A stretch of DNA of 64,000 nt from Truepera sp. (GCA_965218435.1 CBDCKW010000005.1:96001-160000); one strand, 5' to 3'; positions 32,763 through 43,666 are shown, counted from the first letter of the stretch. Notes: generated from the letters alone by a model not told the origin. Numbers and translations are program-made.

Positions 32763-33793
32763 CGGGGCAGGTCAAAACGGGGATGTATACCTATGGGGAG
32801 ATTATGTCGCAACCGGACGCGTGGCGAAAAACGCTCGCGTACTTGGCGGCGCACACTGAAAAGATAACGGGACTCGAGCCTCAAACGTTTGACGAGGTAA
32901 TCTTTACGGGCTGCGGTTCGACCTACTATCTGGCGCTCGCAGCGGCGGCGCTCGTGCAAGAACTGACCGGGGTACGCGCTAAGGCTCTGCCCGCTTCGGA
33001 AGTGTGGCTCTATCCGGCGTCAGCTTACCGGGTAGGTGCAAGAACCTTACTCGTCGCCGTCAGCCGTTCGGGAACGACGACTGAAACCATGCGGGCGGTC
33101 GAGAGCTTTAGAGCGCACGGCAAAGGCAGCGTTATTACGCTCAGCTGTTACCCGGAAGCTGCGCTGGCTTCACTCGGTAACCTCAATTTAGTGCTCGAGG
33201 CCGGTCAAGAAGAGAGTGTCGCACAGACCCGCGCCTTCAGCACGCTCTACCTGGCAACCGTTTTTTTGGCACACTGCTGGGCACAAGAGCCTGACGCGGC
33301 GCTGCACAAATTGCCCGACGTGTGTACCCGGTTGCTGAGCGATTACGCGCCGCTGGCTGAACGTTTGGGTCAAGACACCGACTTGGAGCGCTTCTACTTC
33401 CTCGGTTCCGGCCCCCGTTACGGGCTCGCGTGCGAGTTGAGCCTCAAGCTGAAAGAGATGACCCTTAGCCACAGCGAACCGTTTCACTTTTTGGAGTTTC
33501 GCCACGGCCCTCAGTCAATGGTCACGGACACCACGCTGATAGTCGGGCTCGTTTCAGAAGCCAACGGCGACAAAGAACGTGCCGTGTTGAAAGAGATGCA
33601 GGCACGCGGCGCTCGAGTCTTGAGCTTGGCAAATACAGACGCCGATGTGACCTTCGGTTCGGACGTAGCCGAAGCTTTGCGTAACCTCCTTTATCTGCCG
33701 GTGGTGCAACTTTTGGCGTTTCACCGTTCACTTGCCAAGGGCTTAAACCCCGATAGGCCCAACAATTTGGAGGCTGTCGTGATGCTCGAGTAA
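32759..33793 (+). CDS. SIS-domain amino-sugar-6-phosphate deaminase/isomerase (AgaS/GlmD-like)
   Basis: EIMSQP, GCGST, SRSGTTTE, LKLKE, EFRHGP, NPDRP. Confidence 0.88.
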   Translation: MTGQVKTGMYTYGEIMSQPDAWRKTLAYLAAHTEKITGLEPQTFDEVIFTGCGSTYYLALAAAALVQELTGVRAKALPASEVWLYPASAYRVGARTLLVAVSRSGTTTETMRAVESFRAHGKGSVITLSCYPEAALASLGNLNLVLEAGQEESVAQTRAFSTLYLATVFLAHCWAQEPDAALHKLPDVCTRLLSDYAPLAERLGQDTDLERFYFLGSGPRYGLACELSLKLKEMTLSHSEPFHFLEFRHGPQSMVTDTTLIVGLVSEANGDKERAVLKEMQARGARVLSLANTDADVTFGSDVAEALRNLLYLPVVQLLAFHRSLAKGLNPDRPNNLEAVVMLE

Positions 33794-33843
33794 ACCTCTC
33801 AAACCGCCCCGCGCTCTACACCACCCTTATAGGAGGCATAAAG

Positions 33844-35046
33844 ATGAAACAGGTTTTAGCACTTATTGGCTTCTCGGTCTTGGCTGCAGCGTCTGCCCAA
33901 ACGACGATCAGCTACGCCATTTGGGACAACAACCAGCTCCCGGCACACGAGCAGATCGCCGCCGCTTTTGAAAAAGAGCACCCCGACATCAAGGTTGATA
34001 TTCAGGTCGTGCCCTGGGGCAACTACTGGGACAAACTGCAAACGGCAGTCGCGGGCGGTGAAGCCTACGACGTTTTTTGGATGAACGGCCCGAACTTTCC
34101 TGTTTACGCCTCTAAAGGTGTCTTGATGGATTTGCAAGACCAAGTAGCGGCGGACAGCGTAGATATGAGCGTTTATCCGGAGTCGCTCGTCGACCTCTAT
34201 ACTTTCGACGGTGACGTTTACGGCCTACCCAAAGATTTCGACACTATCGCGCTCTACTACAACAAAGACCTGTTCGACGCGGCCGGTATGGACTACCCTA
34301 CAGGCGACTGGACGTGGGACAACCTCAAAAGCGCCGCACAAGACCTGACTAAAGACGGTAACTGGGGTTTCGCTTCAACCACCGCCGATCAAGAAGGCTA
34401 CTGGAACTTCATCTACGAAAACGGCGGTCAGGTGATTAACGAAGATGGCACCAAAGTTCTGCTCGATCAGCCTGCCGCTTGTGACGCCATCGACTATCTT
34501 TACAGCTTCGTTGCAGACGGCCTTTCACCCGACGGCGCAACGATGTCGTCAATCAGTCCCTCGACTCAGCTTTTCCCCGGTGGCCGGGTTGCGATGATGG
34601 CAGGCGGCTCGTGGCTGGCAAAGACTTACGCCGACGCCGAACCCAATATTGACGTAGCTCCGCTGCCCAAAGAAAAAAAGCGTGCCAGCATCATTCACGG
34701 TCTCAGCAACGTCGTCTGGTCGAAAACGCAGCACCCCGGTGAAGCGTGGCAATTCGTCAAGTTTTTAGGCAGCGACCAGGCGGCGACCATTCTGGCGCAG
34801 TCCGGGACGGTCATCCCAGCCTATAACGGCTTTCAAGACGCCTGGGTCGAGTCGGTTCCGGATATGAACCTGCAGGTTTTTATGGACGCCACCAAGTACG
34901 CCGTACCCTACCCGACGGCGGCGCAGGGCATGGAGTGGAACGCCAAGGTTACCGAAGTTTTAGGCGAAGTTTGGAACGGCAACCAGCCTATAGACGGAGC
35001 CTGCAAGCGAGCTGCTGAAGCTGCCGACGCCGTGCTGAATCAGTAG
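33844..35046 (+). CDS. carbohydrate ABC substrate-binding protein
   Basis: signal peptide, YYNKDLFD; AGGAGG SD. Confidence 0.92.
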   Translation: MKQVLALIGFSVLAAASAQTTISYAIWDNNQLPAHEQIAAAFEKEHPDIKVDIQVVPWGNYWDKLQTAVAGGEAYDVFWMNGPNFPVYASKGVLMDLQDQVAADSVDMSVYPESLVDLYTFDGDVYGLPKDFDTIALYYNKDLFDAAGMDYPTGDWTWDNLKSAAQDLTKDGNWGFASTTADQEGYWNFIYENGGQVINEDGTKVLLDQPAACDAIDYLYSFVADGLSPDGATMSSISPSTQLFPGGRVAMMAGGSWLAKTYADAEPNIDVAPLPKEKKRASIIHGLSNVVWSKTQHPGEAWQFVKFLGSDQAATILAQSGTVIPAYNGFQDAWVESVPDMNLQVFMDATKYAVPYPTAAQGMEWNAKVTEVLGEVWNGNQPIDGACKRAAEAADAVLNQ

Positions 35047-35251
35047 CCTTCTGCAGTTCGTTTTCGGCAGCTAAGTTTTAAGAATGGGGATACAGAATGC
35101 AGAATAAACCAAGCATTTTGCGCTCTATATTCCTGACCCGGCATTTTTGCACCTACCGACGGCTTGTGTAGGTCGATCAAACGGGGTTCAAAAAGGTGAG
35201 AGGCGCAGTATTTTCTCACCTCAGTTTTTAACTCTCTTAAGGAGTTGCACC

Positions 35252-36145
35252 GTGGCGCTTCAAGCAAAGAGTAAAAAGGCTCGTCTCGAGGCCATCTGGG
35301 GTTACGTGATGATCGCGCCGCTGGTGCTGGGTCTCGGCGTGTTTTTTTACCTGGCCCTGGGCGCTTCGTTTTTTGTCAGCTTGACCGAGTGGGACGTGCT
35401 GAACGTACCCAAATGGGTGGGTCTGGAAAACTACCGCACCCTTTTCGCCGACGCGACCTTTCGGCGGGCGCTCCTAAATACCGCTTACTACACCCTGCTG
35501 AGCGTCCCCATCGGCGTTCTCGTGTCACTGGTGCTGGCGGTCGCACTTAACACCAACCTGCGTTTTCGCAACGTCTATCGGCTCGTTTTCTTTTTGCCCG
35601 TCCTGACCATGCCGGTTGCTATCGGGGTCGTGTGGAACTGGATTTACAACCCGGATTTCGGACTTTTCAATCAGCTGTTGGGGCTCTTTGACGGCCCCCG
35701 GATCAAATGGCTGACCGACCCGCACTTCGCCATGCCCGCGCTCGTGATCTTGTCGGTCTGGCAGGGCTCGGGCTACGGCATGATCATCTTTTTAGCGGGC
35801 CTGCAAAATATCCCCAAAGAGTATTACGAGGCGGCACAGATTGACGGCGCGACCGGCTGGCACCGCTTTCTTCACGTGACGCTGCCGCTCTTGAGTCCGA
35901 CCATGTTTTTCGTCACGGTCACGTCTCTGATCAGCGCGTTTCAGATTTTCGACATCGTGTACGCGATGACGGCGGGGCAAGCTTCGGATACGCTCCGCAC
36001 CGTTGTTTACATGATCTACGAGGAGGGCTTCAAGTATTTCCGGATGGGGCACGCTACCGCGATTGCCTGGATTTTGTTCGCCGTTATTTTGGTCGTTACC
36101 GCCTTGCAGCTGCGGTTACAGCGGCGCTGGGTTCACTATGAATAG
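35252..36145 (+). CDS. carbohydrate ABC permease
   Basis: YEAAQIDGA; AAGGAG SD before GTG. Confidence 0.92.
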   Translation: MALQAKSKKARLEAIWGYVMIAPLVLGLGVFFYLALGASFFVSLTEWDVLNVPKWVGLENYRTLFADATFRRALLNTAYYTLLSVPIGVLVSLVLAVALNTNLRFRNVYRLVFFLPVLTMPVAIGVVWNWIYNPDFGLFNQLLGLFDGPRIKWLTDPHFAMPALVILSVWQGSGYGMIIFLAGLQNIPKEYYEAAQIDGATGWHRFLHVTLPLLSPTMFFVTVTSLISAFQIFDIVYAMTAGQASDTLRTVVYMIYEEGFKYFRMGHATAIAWILFAVILVVTALQLRLQRRWVHYE

Positions 36146-36168
36146 TTCACTGCGAGTAAGGGGGACGT

Positions 36169-37056
36169 GTGCAAAAGTCGGTTCGTAGAACAAACGTTAA
36201 AGCTATAGGGGACTCGAGCGACCGGCGGCGTCATTTGGGCAACCACGCGCGTTTCGGCTTGCTGCACTTTGTCTTGATCGTGGCAGGTATCACCGCGCTC
36301 ATCCCTTTTATCTGGATGATTTCAACCTCGCTCAAGGGGCAGATGGAAGTCTTGAGCGCGACGCCGACCTTCTGGCCCGAAGCGTGGCGCTGGCAAAACT
36401 ATAAAGAAGTGTTCGAGCAGGTTCCCTTCGGGCGTTTTTATCTCAACACAATTATTGTGACGGTCGCGCGGGTGATCGGCCAGGTCTTTTTTGCCGCGCT
36501 CGCTGCCTTCGCCTTTGCGCGCCTAAAGTTTCCCGGTCGCAACCTGCTCTTTTTCGGCGTCCTCGCCGTGATGATGGTGCCGGGGCAAGTGACGCTCGTG
36601 CCCAACTATGTGCTCCTCAAGTATCTAGGCTGGCTCGACTCGTATCAGGGGCTCATCGTCCCGAGTTTGTTCAGCGCCTTCGGCACCTTTTTGCTGCGGC
36701 AGTTTTACCTGTCGTTGCCGCAAAACCTCATTGACGCGGCCGTTTTAGAAGGCTGTAACCCGCTCCAGGTCTTTTGGCACGTCGCCTTGCCGCTGTCACG
36801 TTCGATTATGGTCGCTTTCGGCGTGCTCGTGACGCTCTGGTCGTGGAACGATTTTTTGTGGCCGCTGATTATCACTAACTCGACCGACATGCAGATGCTC
36901 TCGGTCGGCATCGCCTACTTTCAGGGGCAGTTCGTCAGCAACTTCGCGGTGATGATGGCGGCGGCGACGCTCGCGACCTTGCCGATGGTCATCGTGTTCA
37001 TCTTCGCCCAGCGGTTTTTAATCGAAGGTATCACCATGAGCGGGATGAAGCTGTAA
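36169..37056 (+). CDS. carbohydrate ABC permease
   Basis: DAAVLEGC, WNDFLWPL; start uncertain. Confidence 0.9.
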   Translation: MQKSVRRTNVKAIGDSSDRRRHLGNHARFGLLHFVLIVAGITALIPFIWMISTSLKGQMEVLSATPTFWPEAWRWQNYKEVFEQVPFGRFYLNTIIVTVARVIGQVFFAALAAFAFARLKFPGRNLLFFGVLAVMMVPGQVTLVPNYVLLKYLGWLDSYQGLIVPSLFSAFGTFLLRQFYLSLPQNLIDAAVLEGCNPLQVFWHVALPLSRSIMVAFGVLVTLWSWNDFLWPLIITNSTDMQMLSVGIAYFQGQFVSNFAVMMAAATLATLPMVIVFIFAQRFLIEGITMSGMKL

Positions 37057-37125
37057 GGGGGCTCGAGATGAACTAGCCCGCGTCCCGGAAAAACACCCGA
37101 AATCTGATTTTTCAAGGAGGAAAGC

Positions 37126-38373
37126 ATGAAAAAAGGTCTTATCGTACTCGTCCTCTCCCTGCTGCTGAGCACTGCGCTGGCGCAGACCAACATCACCTTT
37201 ATGGCCTGGGGCTCACCCGAAGAGCTGGCCGTTTGGAAAACCATTGCCAGCGAGTTTAACGACGCCAATCCCGACATCAAGGTTGCGGTAGACGTCAGCG
37301 ACTGGGACGCGTACTTCAACAAGCTGCAAACGCTCTTTGCGGGCGGCACACCGCCCGACGTGTTTGCGATGGACGCACCGCTTTACCCCGACTGGCAGTC
37401 GCGGGGCGTCCTGAAAAATCTGCAACCTTATCTTGACGCCGACCCCGAGGTGTTGGACGGCGTGTATCCGGTGACGCTTAAAGCTTACGAAACCGAAGAG
37501 GGTTACTTCGGCCTGCCCCGGGACTTTCAGACCATCGTCCTCTACTACAACAAAGATATGTTCGACGCAGCGGGCGTGGCTTACCCTACTGCCGATTGGA
37601 CCTTGACGGATTTACGTGAAGCTGCCCAAAAACTTACCTCAGACGCCGACGGCGACGGCATCACCGATCACTGGGGCTTCTGGTCAGACTTTTACGATAT
37701 GGAACTCTTTTGGGGTCCAGCCATTTGGGGTGCGGGCGGACAGGTCATCAATGCCGACCACACCCAAACGCTGCTCGCCGAGGGACCAGCTGGGGACGTG
37801 TGGCACCTGATGAGCGACATGATCTTTGAGGACGGGTCGGTGCCGACCACAGGTCAGGCCGAGCAGTACGGCTCCGACATGTTTTTAGCGGGTCGCGCCG
37901 CGATGACGACCATCGGGCACTGGTCGGTGCCGGAGTACACCGCACAAGGGCTCAACTTCAACGTCGCGCCTTTTCCGATGGGTAGTGAGAAACGCGCGAC
38001 CAGCGTGAACAGTGCCGGATTTGTGATTGCCGACGCTTCAAAAAATGCTGACGCCGCCTGGAAATTCGTCAAGTACGCGGTCGGACCGGCGGGACAAAAA
38101 CGGTTGGCTGAACTCGGCTTTGCGATTCCGGTCTTGAAGTCCGTGGCAGAGAGTCCGGTGTTTTTAGAGCAAAAGGACAGCAGCATCAATCAGCAGGTGT
38201 ACTTAGACGCTTTAGATTATGCCGTCCCCAAACCTTCATTTAAGGGTTACGGCGAGTGGTCGGCAGCTGTCGGCGACACGCTGGCGCAGGTGTGGACGGG
38301 TGACATGAGTATCGACGACGCGCTTTCCGAACTCGTCCCGCTCGCCGACGACGTGTTGGCCGCCAATCAGTAG
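37126..38373 (+). CDS. carbohydrate ABC substrate-binding protein
   Basis: signal peptide, YYNKDMFD. Confidence 0.92.
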   Translation: MKKGLIVLVLSLLLSTALAQTNITFMAWGSPEELAVWKTIASEFNDANPDIKVAVDVSDWDAYFNKLQTLFAGGTPPDVFAMDAPLYPDWQSRGVLKNLQPYLDADPEVLDGVYPVTLKAYETEEGYFGLPRDFQTIVLYYNKDMFDAAGVAYPTADWTLTDLREAAQKLTSDADGDGITDHWGFWSDFYDMELFWGPAIWGAGGQVINADHTQTLLAEGPAGDVWHLMSDMIFEDGSVPTTGQAEQYGSDMFLAGRAAMTTIGHWSVPEYTAQGLNFNVAPFPMGSEKRATSVNSAGFVIADASKNADAAWKFVKYAVGPAGQKRLAELGFAIPVLKSVAESPVFLEQKDSSINQQVYLDALDYAVPKPSFKGYGEWSAAVGDTLAQVWTGDMSIDDALSELVPLADDVLAANQ

Positions 38374-38413
38374 CCGTTGACAGGTCATTTCAGTTTAGGT
38401 ACGAGAGGCCACG

Positions 38414-39295
38414 ATGCAGAGCGGGATTAAACCGATGGGGCGGGAGCGGCTTTGGCTGCTTCTGCTCCTTGCGCCAACGCTCTTAGGGTTGCTCTTTGGC
38501 GCGGTCGGCTCGGTCGCTGCAAGCGCCGCCATCAGTCTGCTCAACTGGGATTTGTTGACGCCGCCGACGTGGGCGGGGTTGCAGAACTATCTGGCTTTGC
38601 CTTCTGATAGGCTTTTTCTCGAGTCCTTACGCATCACCACGCAGTTTGCAGCGATGTACGTGCCGGGTGTGATCATCTTGTCGCTCGTCGTGGCACTGCT
38701 CTTAAACCGTAAAATCCGTGGCGTCAGCTTTTTTCGGGTGCTGTTCTTTTTACCCGTAATTTCGTCGTCGGTGGCGATCGGACTCTTGTGGACGTGGATT
38801 TACGCGCAGGACAACGGGCTCTTAAACACCATCATCACATCACTAGGCGGGAGTCCGGTGCGCTGGCTGGGGCGCGATATGGCGCTCTATTCGGTGACGG
38901 TCGTCAATATCTGGGGGGCGGTCGGGGAAGGAATGATCATCTTTCTGGCAGGCTTGCAAGCCGTACCACGCGATTACTACGAAGCTGCCAAACTCGATGG
39001 CGCAACCGGGTGGCAGCGGCTCACCAACGTCACGCTGCCGTTAATCGTCCCGAGCATCTTTTTTCAGGCAGTGATTTCGACCATCAACGCCTTTCAGGTG
39101 TTCGAGTACATCTATATCCTGACGCGCACCTCGAGCGGTGGCTCCACCACCCCCACGCTTGTTTTTACGATCTACCGCAACGGGTTTAACTACTTCCGCA
39201 TGGGTCAGGCGAGTGCTCAAGCCATCGTGCTGGCGCTGATTATCTTCGTTTTGACCCTGATTTACTTCCGCATTCAGCGGCGCTGGGTGGTGTGA
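38414..39295 (+). CDS. carbohydrate ABC permease
   Basis: YEAAKLDGA. Confidence 0.92.
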   Translation: MQSGIKPMGRERLWLLLLLAPTLLGLLFGAVGSVAASAAISLLNWDLLTPPTWAGLQNYLALPSDRLFLESLRITTQFAAMYVPGVIILSLVVALLLNRKIRGVSFFRVLFFLPVISSSVAIGLLWTWIYAQDNGLLNTIITSLGGSPVRWLGRDMALYSVTVVNIWGAVGEGMIIFLAGLQAVPRDYYEAAKLDGATGWQRLTNVTLPLIVPSIFFQAVISTINAFQVFEYIYILTRTSSGGSTTPTLVFTIYRNGFNYFRMGQASAQAIVLALIIFVLTLIYFRIQRRWVV

Positions 39296-39296
39296 T

Positions 39297-40127
39297 GTGA
39301 CGATAAAGACTCGAGACCACCTCTTCGACGCTCTAACCTACGCGCTCCTCATCCTCGGCGCGCTCATCATGGCCGGCCCGTTCGTCTGGATGATTTCGAC
39401 CTCGCTTAAAGAACCCGCCGACCAGTTTTCTAAAACGCTCATCCCCGACCCTGTAACGCTCAAAAACTACACCGGCTTGTGGGACGCGCTGCCCTTTACC
39501 CGGCTCATCTGGAACAGCTTCAAAATTGCCTCGCTCTCGACCTTGGGCCAACTCTTGACCTGTTCGATGGCGGGCTTCGCCTTCGCCGCCGTAAAATTCC
39601 GGGGCCGTAACGCGCTTTTCGTACTGCTCCTGGTCACGTTGATGATTCCCTTTCAGGTGACCTTGATTCCCAACTTCATCATCTACCGCTTTTTAGGACT
39701 TTACGGCACGCAGATTCCTTTGTATCTGCCTGCGTTTTTGGGCGGCGCGTTCGGGACGTTTCTGTTACGGCAGTATTTTTTGACGATTCCGGGTGAACTG
39801 GCAGAAGCGGCCCGGATTGACGGCGCGTCTCTCTGGACGATCTACTGGCGTATCTACCTGCCGCTGGCGCGTCCGGCACTGGCGGCGCTGGCGATTTTTA
39901 CCTTTTTGTTCTCGTGGAACGATCTTTTCGGCCCCTTGATTTACCTGCCAAGCGATTTGGAGAAGACCACTTTGCCCGTCGGTTTAGCCCTGTTTCAGGC
40001 ACAGTACAGCGGGCGCTGGGCGGTGATGATGGCGGGCGTCACGGTCAGCATCGCGCCGATTGTGATTGTGTTTTTCTTTGCGCAAAAGCAGTTTATCGAA
40101 GGGATTGCGCTCTCTGGGGTGAAGTGA
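39297..40127 (+). CDS. carbohydrate ABC permease
   Basis: EAARIDGAS. Confidence 0.92.
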   Translation: MTIKTRDHLFDALTYALLILGALIMAGPFVWMISTSLKEPADQFSKTLIPDPVTLKNYTGLWDALPFTRLIWNSFKIASLSTLGQLLTCSMAGFAFAAVKFRGRNALFVLLLVTLMIPFQVTLIPNFIIYRFLGLYGTQIPLYLPAFLGGAFGTFLLRQYFLTIPGELAEAARIDGASLWTIYWRIYLPLARPALAALAIFTFLFSWNDLFGPLIYLPSDLEKTTLPVGLALFQAQYSGRWAVMMAGVTVSIAPIVIVFFFAQKQFIEGIALSGVK

Positions 40128-40220
40128 AAGTCGGTAGTCAGCATTCAGTAGCTTCAAACCATGCCGACTACTGACTACTCCGCATGACGTCCCTATAAAC
40201 CCATTTCAAAGGAGAAAGAG

Positions 40221-41552
40221 ATGCCCAAAGTAACGCTTATCGGCGCAGGCAGCGCGGTGTTTGCTGCTGAAATTATTAAAGATATTCTGGCGACCCCGGG
40301 ACTCGAGACCGGCACCTTTGCGCTTGTAGATATAGACGAGGGACGGCTCGAGGTTGCTCACCAGATGGCTGAGTGGCTGATTAACAAAACCGGCCGTCAC
40401 TGGTCGGTCGAAGCGTCAACCGATAGAACGAAACTCTTACCCGGTACGGACTACCTCATCAACTCGATTGAGGTTTCAGGGCTCGAGAATGTCCGATACG
40501 ACTACGACATCCCCATGAAGTACGGCGTCGATCAGTGCATCGGCGACACCATCGGGCCGGGGGGTCTGTTCAAAGCTTTACGGACGCTGCCCGCGTGGAC
40601 GGAGATTTTACGGGACACCGAACGCCTCGTGCCGAACGCGCTCGTGCTGAACTACACCAACCCGATGTCTTTAACGGTTTTGACCGGCATCAGAGCGTCA
40701 AACTTACCGATTGTCGGGCTTTGCCACAGCATTCAGCACACGACGCATCAGCTTGCCGAATACTTAGATATCCCTTACGACGAAATCGACTGGCAAGGCG
40801 CGGGCATCAACCATTTGGCGTGGATTGTGCGGCTCGAGCGCGCCGGACAAAACCTCTACCCGGTATTACAGGAGCGGCTCGAGAAGCACCCTGAAATTTA
40901 CGAACGCGACCCGGTGCGCTTCGAGATGATGAAACACCTGGGCGCGTTCGTCACCGAATCGAGCGGGCACACCTCCGAATACACGGCGTACTTCCGCAAA
41001 CGCCCCGACCTCATCAAAAAGTACATGCGGAACGGGTACGAGGGCGAGAGCGGCTACTACGCGAACAACTGGCCACGGTGGAGAGAAGAATATCTGTACG
41101 AGTTAGAAAACGCGATGGCGGGCAGAGAAGACTTCGATATGAAACGCGGCCCCGAGTACGCGTCGTACATCATCGAGGCGATGGAGACAGGCAAACCGCA
41201 AGTGATTTACGGCAACGTGCCGAACACCGGCTTAATCGACAACTTACCGCAAGGCGTGGTTGAAGTCGCGTGCCTGGTCGATAAAAAGGGCGTTCAGCCG
41301 ACGCATTTCGGCTCACTGCCGACGCATTTAGCCGCGTTAGACCAACAGCATATGGCGTTTCACGACCTCGTGGCGACAGCAGTTTTAGAAGAAGACCGTG
41401 AAGCCGCCGTTCACGCGCTGATGATTGATCCTTTGACGGCAGCGGTGTGTTCGCTCGAGGAAATTCGCAGCATGTTTGACGAAATGGCGGCGGCGCAAAA
41501 GGATTATCTACCGGCGTTTATGAACCCTGAACCGGAAACGGTCAACGCTTGA
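40221..41552 (+). CDS. GH4 NAD-dependent alpha-galactosidase (MelA-like)
   Basis: IGAGS, GDTIGPGG, NYTNPM, GLCHS, GINH, TESSGH. Confidence 0.92.
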   Translation: MPKVTLIGAGSAVFAAEIIKDILATPGLETGTFALVDIDEGRLEVAHQMAEWLINKTGRHWSVEASTDRTKLLPGTDYLINSIEVSGLENVRYDYDIPMKYGVDQCIGDTIGPGGLFKALRTLPAWTEILRDTERLVPNALVLNYTNPMSLTVLTGIRASNLPIVGLCHSIQHTTHQLAEYLDIPYDEIDWQGAGINHLAWIVRLERAGQNLYPVLQERLEKHPEIYERDPVRFEMMKHLGAFVTESSGHTSEYTAYFRKRPDLIKKYMRNGYEGESGYYANNWPRWREEYLYELENAMAGREDFDMKRGPEYASYIIEAMETGKPQVIYGNVPNTGLIDNLPQGVVEVACLVDKKGVQPTHFGSLPTHLAALDQQHMAFHDLVATAVLEEDREAAVHALMIDPLTAAVCSLEEIRSMFDEMAAAQKDYLPAFMNPEPETVNA

Positions 41553-41570
41553 GGGCGCTGACATAACGAG

Positions 41571-42023
41571 ATGAACATGCCTCCTTTCGGTCTGCTTTTC
41601 GCCGCGCTCAGCTTGTTCGGCTGTGCGCCTAAAGTGTCCCAAGTAGCTGTGGCCTCGAGCCCAACCTCACCTGTCGCCGTTATCCAGACCTACTACGCGG
41701 CCATCAACGCCCATGAGTTTTGGCAGGCTTACGGGTTGTGGGGCGACAACGGTGCGGAGAGCGGGCAGACGCTCAGGGAATTTACGGCGGGCTTTAAGGA
41801 GACCGAGAGCGTCGCCGTAAAAGTCGGCCAACCGGGGCGTGTCGAGGGGGCGGCGGGCTCGAGATACGTCACCATCCCGGTTACGATTTCAGCCATCACG
41901 ACCGGCGGACAAACCCAGCGTTTTACGGGCAGTTACACGCTGCGGCGCACGGTAGTAGACGGCAGTACGGCGAAGCAGCGCCGCTGGCATTTCTTTTCGG
42001 CAGACATTTCCGCTGCGCCGTAA
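41571..42023 (+). CDS. hypothetical lipoprotein
   Basis: lipobox LFGC; YYAAIN and EGAAGS motifs. Confidence 0.75.
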   Translation: MNMPPFGLLFAALSLFGCAPKVSQVAVASSPTSPVAVIQTYYAAINAHEFWQAYGLWGDNGAESGQTLREFTAGFKETESVAVKVGQPGRVEGAAGSRYVTIPVTISAITTGGQTQRFTGSYTLRRTVVDGSTAKQRRWHFFSADISAAP

Positions 42024-42029
42024 ACCCAT

Positions 42030-42057
42030 TGAGCGGCTCCCCCGTAAACGCTCAAAA
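42030..42057. promoter_or_regulatory. candidate DeoR operator (site 3)
   Basis: TGAGC-N15-GCTCAAAA. Confidence 0.7.
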
Positions 42058-42254
42058 AGGTGACGCTATGTAAAAAATCTTGATAGCTTTTTACGGTTTT
42101 GTCCGCTAAGGTAACGGTGCGTCAGAAAAGACCTAAACCTGGCGCTCGAGTGGCGGGGTACGTCAAACTCACTCCGTGTTCCCTGTCTGCACGCCGCTGC
42201 TGCTTGAACCTACAAGCATCATGCGTGTCACGGAGGTCTGTAAAAGGAGCTTTG

Positions 42255-43640
42255 ATGAAACACTTGTGGATTTTAGCACTGGGGCTGCTGGCGGCTTGTG
42301 GGGGTACACCTGTCTCGACGCCTGAAACGGAGCTGTTTACAGCGGCGACCGTGACGCTCACCCCGACCTCGTACCGGACGACCGGGGGCGCGGACGGCGG
42401 GCAAAGCGTCAATAACCTTAAAGTCAGAGACCAGTCCGGAAGTCAAAACACTTGGACGAAATACGTGGAGTTTCAAACTCCCGGCAAGAATTATATCGGC
42501 ACCCGGAGTTACACGCTGCCTGCGGACGTTGACCCGTCAGCACTAACCAGCCTGCAGGTCCAAGCGAACTTTTTAGGCCCGAGCAAAGCGGCGCAGGCTT
42601 GGCGTTGGCGGCTATACAACTTCTCGAGCGGTCGCTGGGACTTACTCGGTGACAACAGCGGCTCGAGCTGGAACGCCTGGAAACTCTTGAGCTTCGACGC
42701 TTCCGGCACGCTCGACAACTATGTGAGCAACTCACGTGAAATCCGCGTCCGCACCGATTCGGCCAACGCCAGCGACGACGCCGACTTAGATTATGAGGCG
42801 GTGACAGTAACGCACGGCAGCACCCCGCCGCCCCCACCTCCTGCGGGCAGTTGGTGGAAACCGCAAAAAGGGCTCTCGTGGTGGTGGCAGCTCGAGAACG
42901 CCGCCAACCTCAACGCCGGTTTGAACGTCGACGTGTACGACATCGACCTCTTTGAAGGCAACGACGCGGGCAAAATCGCGGTGCTTAAAAGCAAGGGGTA
43001 CAACGTCATCTGCTACTTCAGTGCCGGAACGTATGAGGACTTTCGCCCCGACAAAGACGACCTGCTGAGAAACAACAAGCTCGCGCTGATTGATGGTTCA
43101 AATCTACCGCAGTTCCCCGAAGAAGCGTGGCTTGCTATCGGCAACACGCAGGCGCTCGAGACCATCATCAAACCCGTGATGCGGGCGCGGCTTCACCTTG
43201 CCAAGTCTGCCGGGTGTGACGCGGTAGAGCCCGACAATGTAGACGGTTACGACAACAGCGAAACGCAAGGGCAGATTACGAAGGCGCAGCAGCTCGCTTA
43301 CAACCGCTGGGTTGCGGGTGAAGCGCACAACCGGGGCTTAAGCGTTGGTCTTAAAAATGCGACGGCTCTCTTGAGCGACCTTGAGAGCGACTTCGACTTT
43401 GCCGTCAACGAGCAGTGCTACGCCTACAGCGAGTGCGGCGGGTACACCAGCACATTCTTGGCTCAAAACAAGCCCGTCTTTAATCAGGAATACCTCGACC
43501 CCGATGACGCGGGGGGCAGCGTAGGACAGACAAAGTATCAAAATACCGCTTGCCCGTATTTTCGGGATCGGCAGATCGCTTCGCTGTGGAAACGAGGGTT
43601 GAATCTGAACGGTCAGGATGTTGTTCAGTGTCAGCCCTAG
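42255..43640 (+). CDS. GH114 endo-alpha-1,4-polygalactosaminidase lipoprotein with an N-terminal beta domain
   Basis: lipobox LAAC, Pro linker, YDIDLF, ICYFSAGTYE, CDAVEPDNVDGY, LKNA, FAVNEQC. Confidence 0.88.
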   Translation: MKHLWILALGLLAACGGTPVSTPETELFTAATVTLTPTSYRTTGGADGGQSVNNLKVRDQSGSQNTWTKYVEFQTPGKNYIGTRSYTLPADVDPSALTSLQVQANFLGPSKAAQAWRWRLYNFSSGRWDLLGDNSGSSWNAWKLLSFDASGTLDNYVSNSREIRVRTDSANASDDADLDYEAVTVTHGSTPPPPPPAGSWWKPQKGLSWWWQLENAANLNAGLNVDVYDIDLFEGNDAGKIAVLKSKGYNVICYFSAGTYEDFRPDKDDLLRNNKLALIDGSNLPQFPEEAWLAIGNTQALETIIKPVMRARLHLAKSAGCDAVEPDNVDGYDNSETQGQITKAQQLAYNRWVAGEAHNRGLSVGLKNATALLSDLESDFDFAVNEQCYAYSECGGYTSTFLAQNKPVFNQEYLDPDDAGGSVGQTKYQNTACPYFRDRQIASLWKRGLNLNGQDVVQCQP

Positions 43641-43666
43641 CGCACCGCGAGCGTTCGTTTAAGCGT

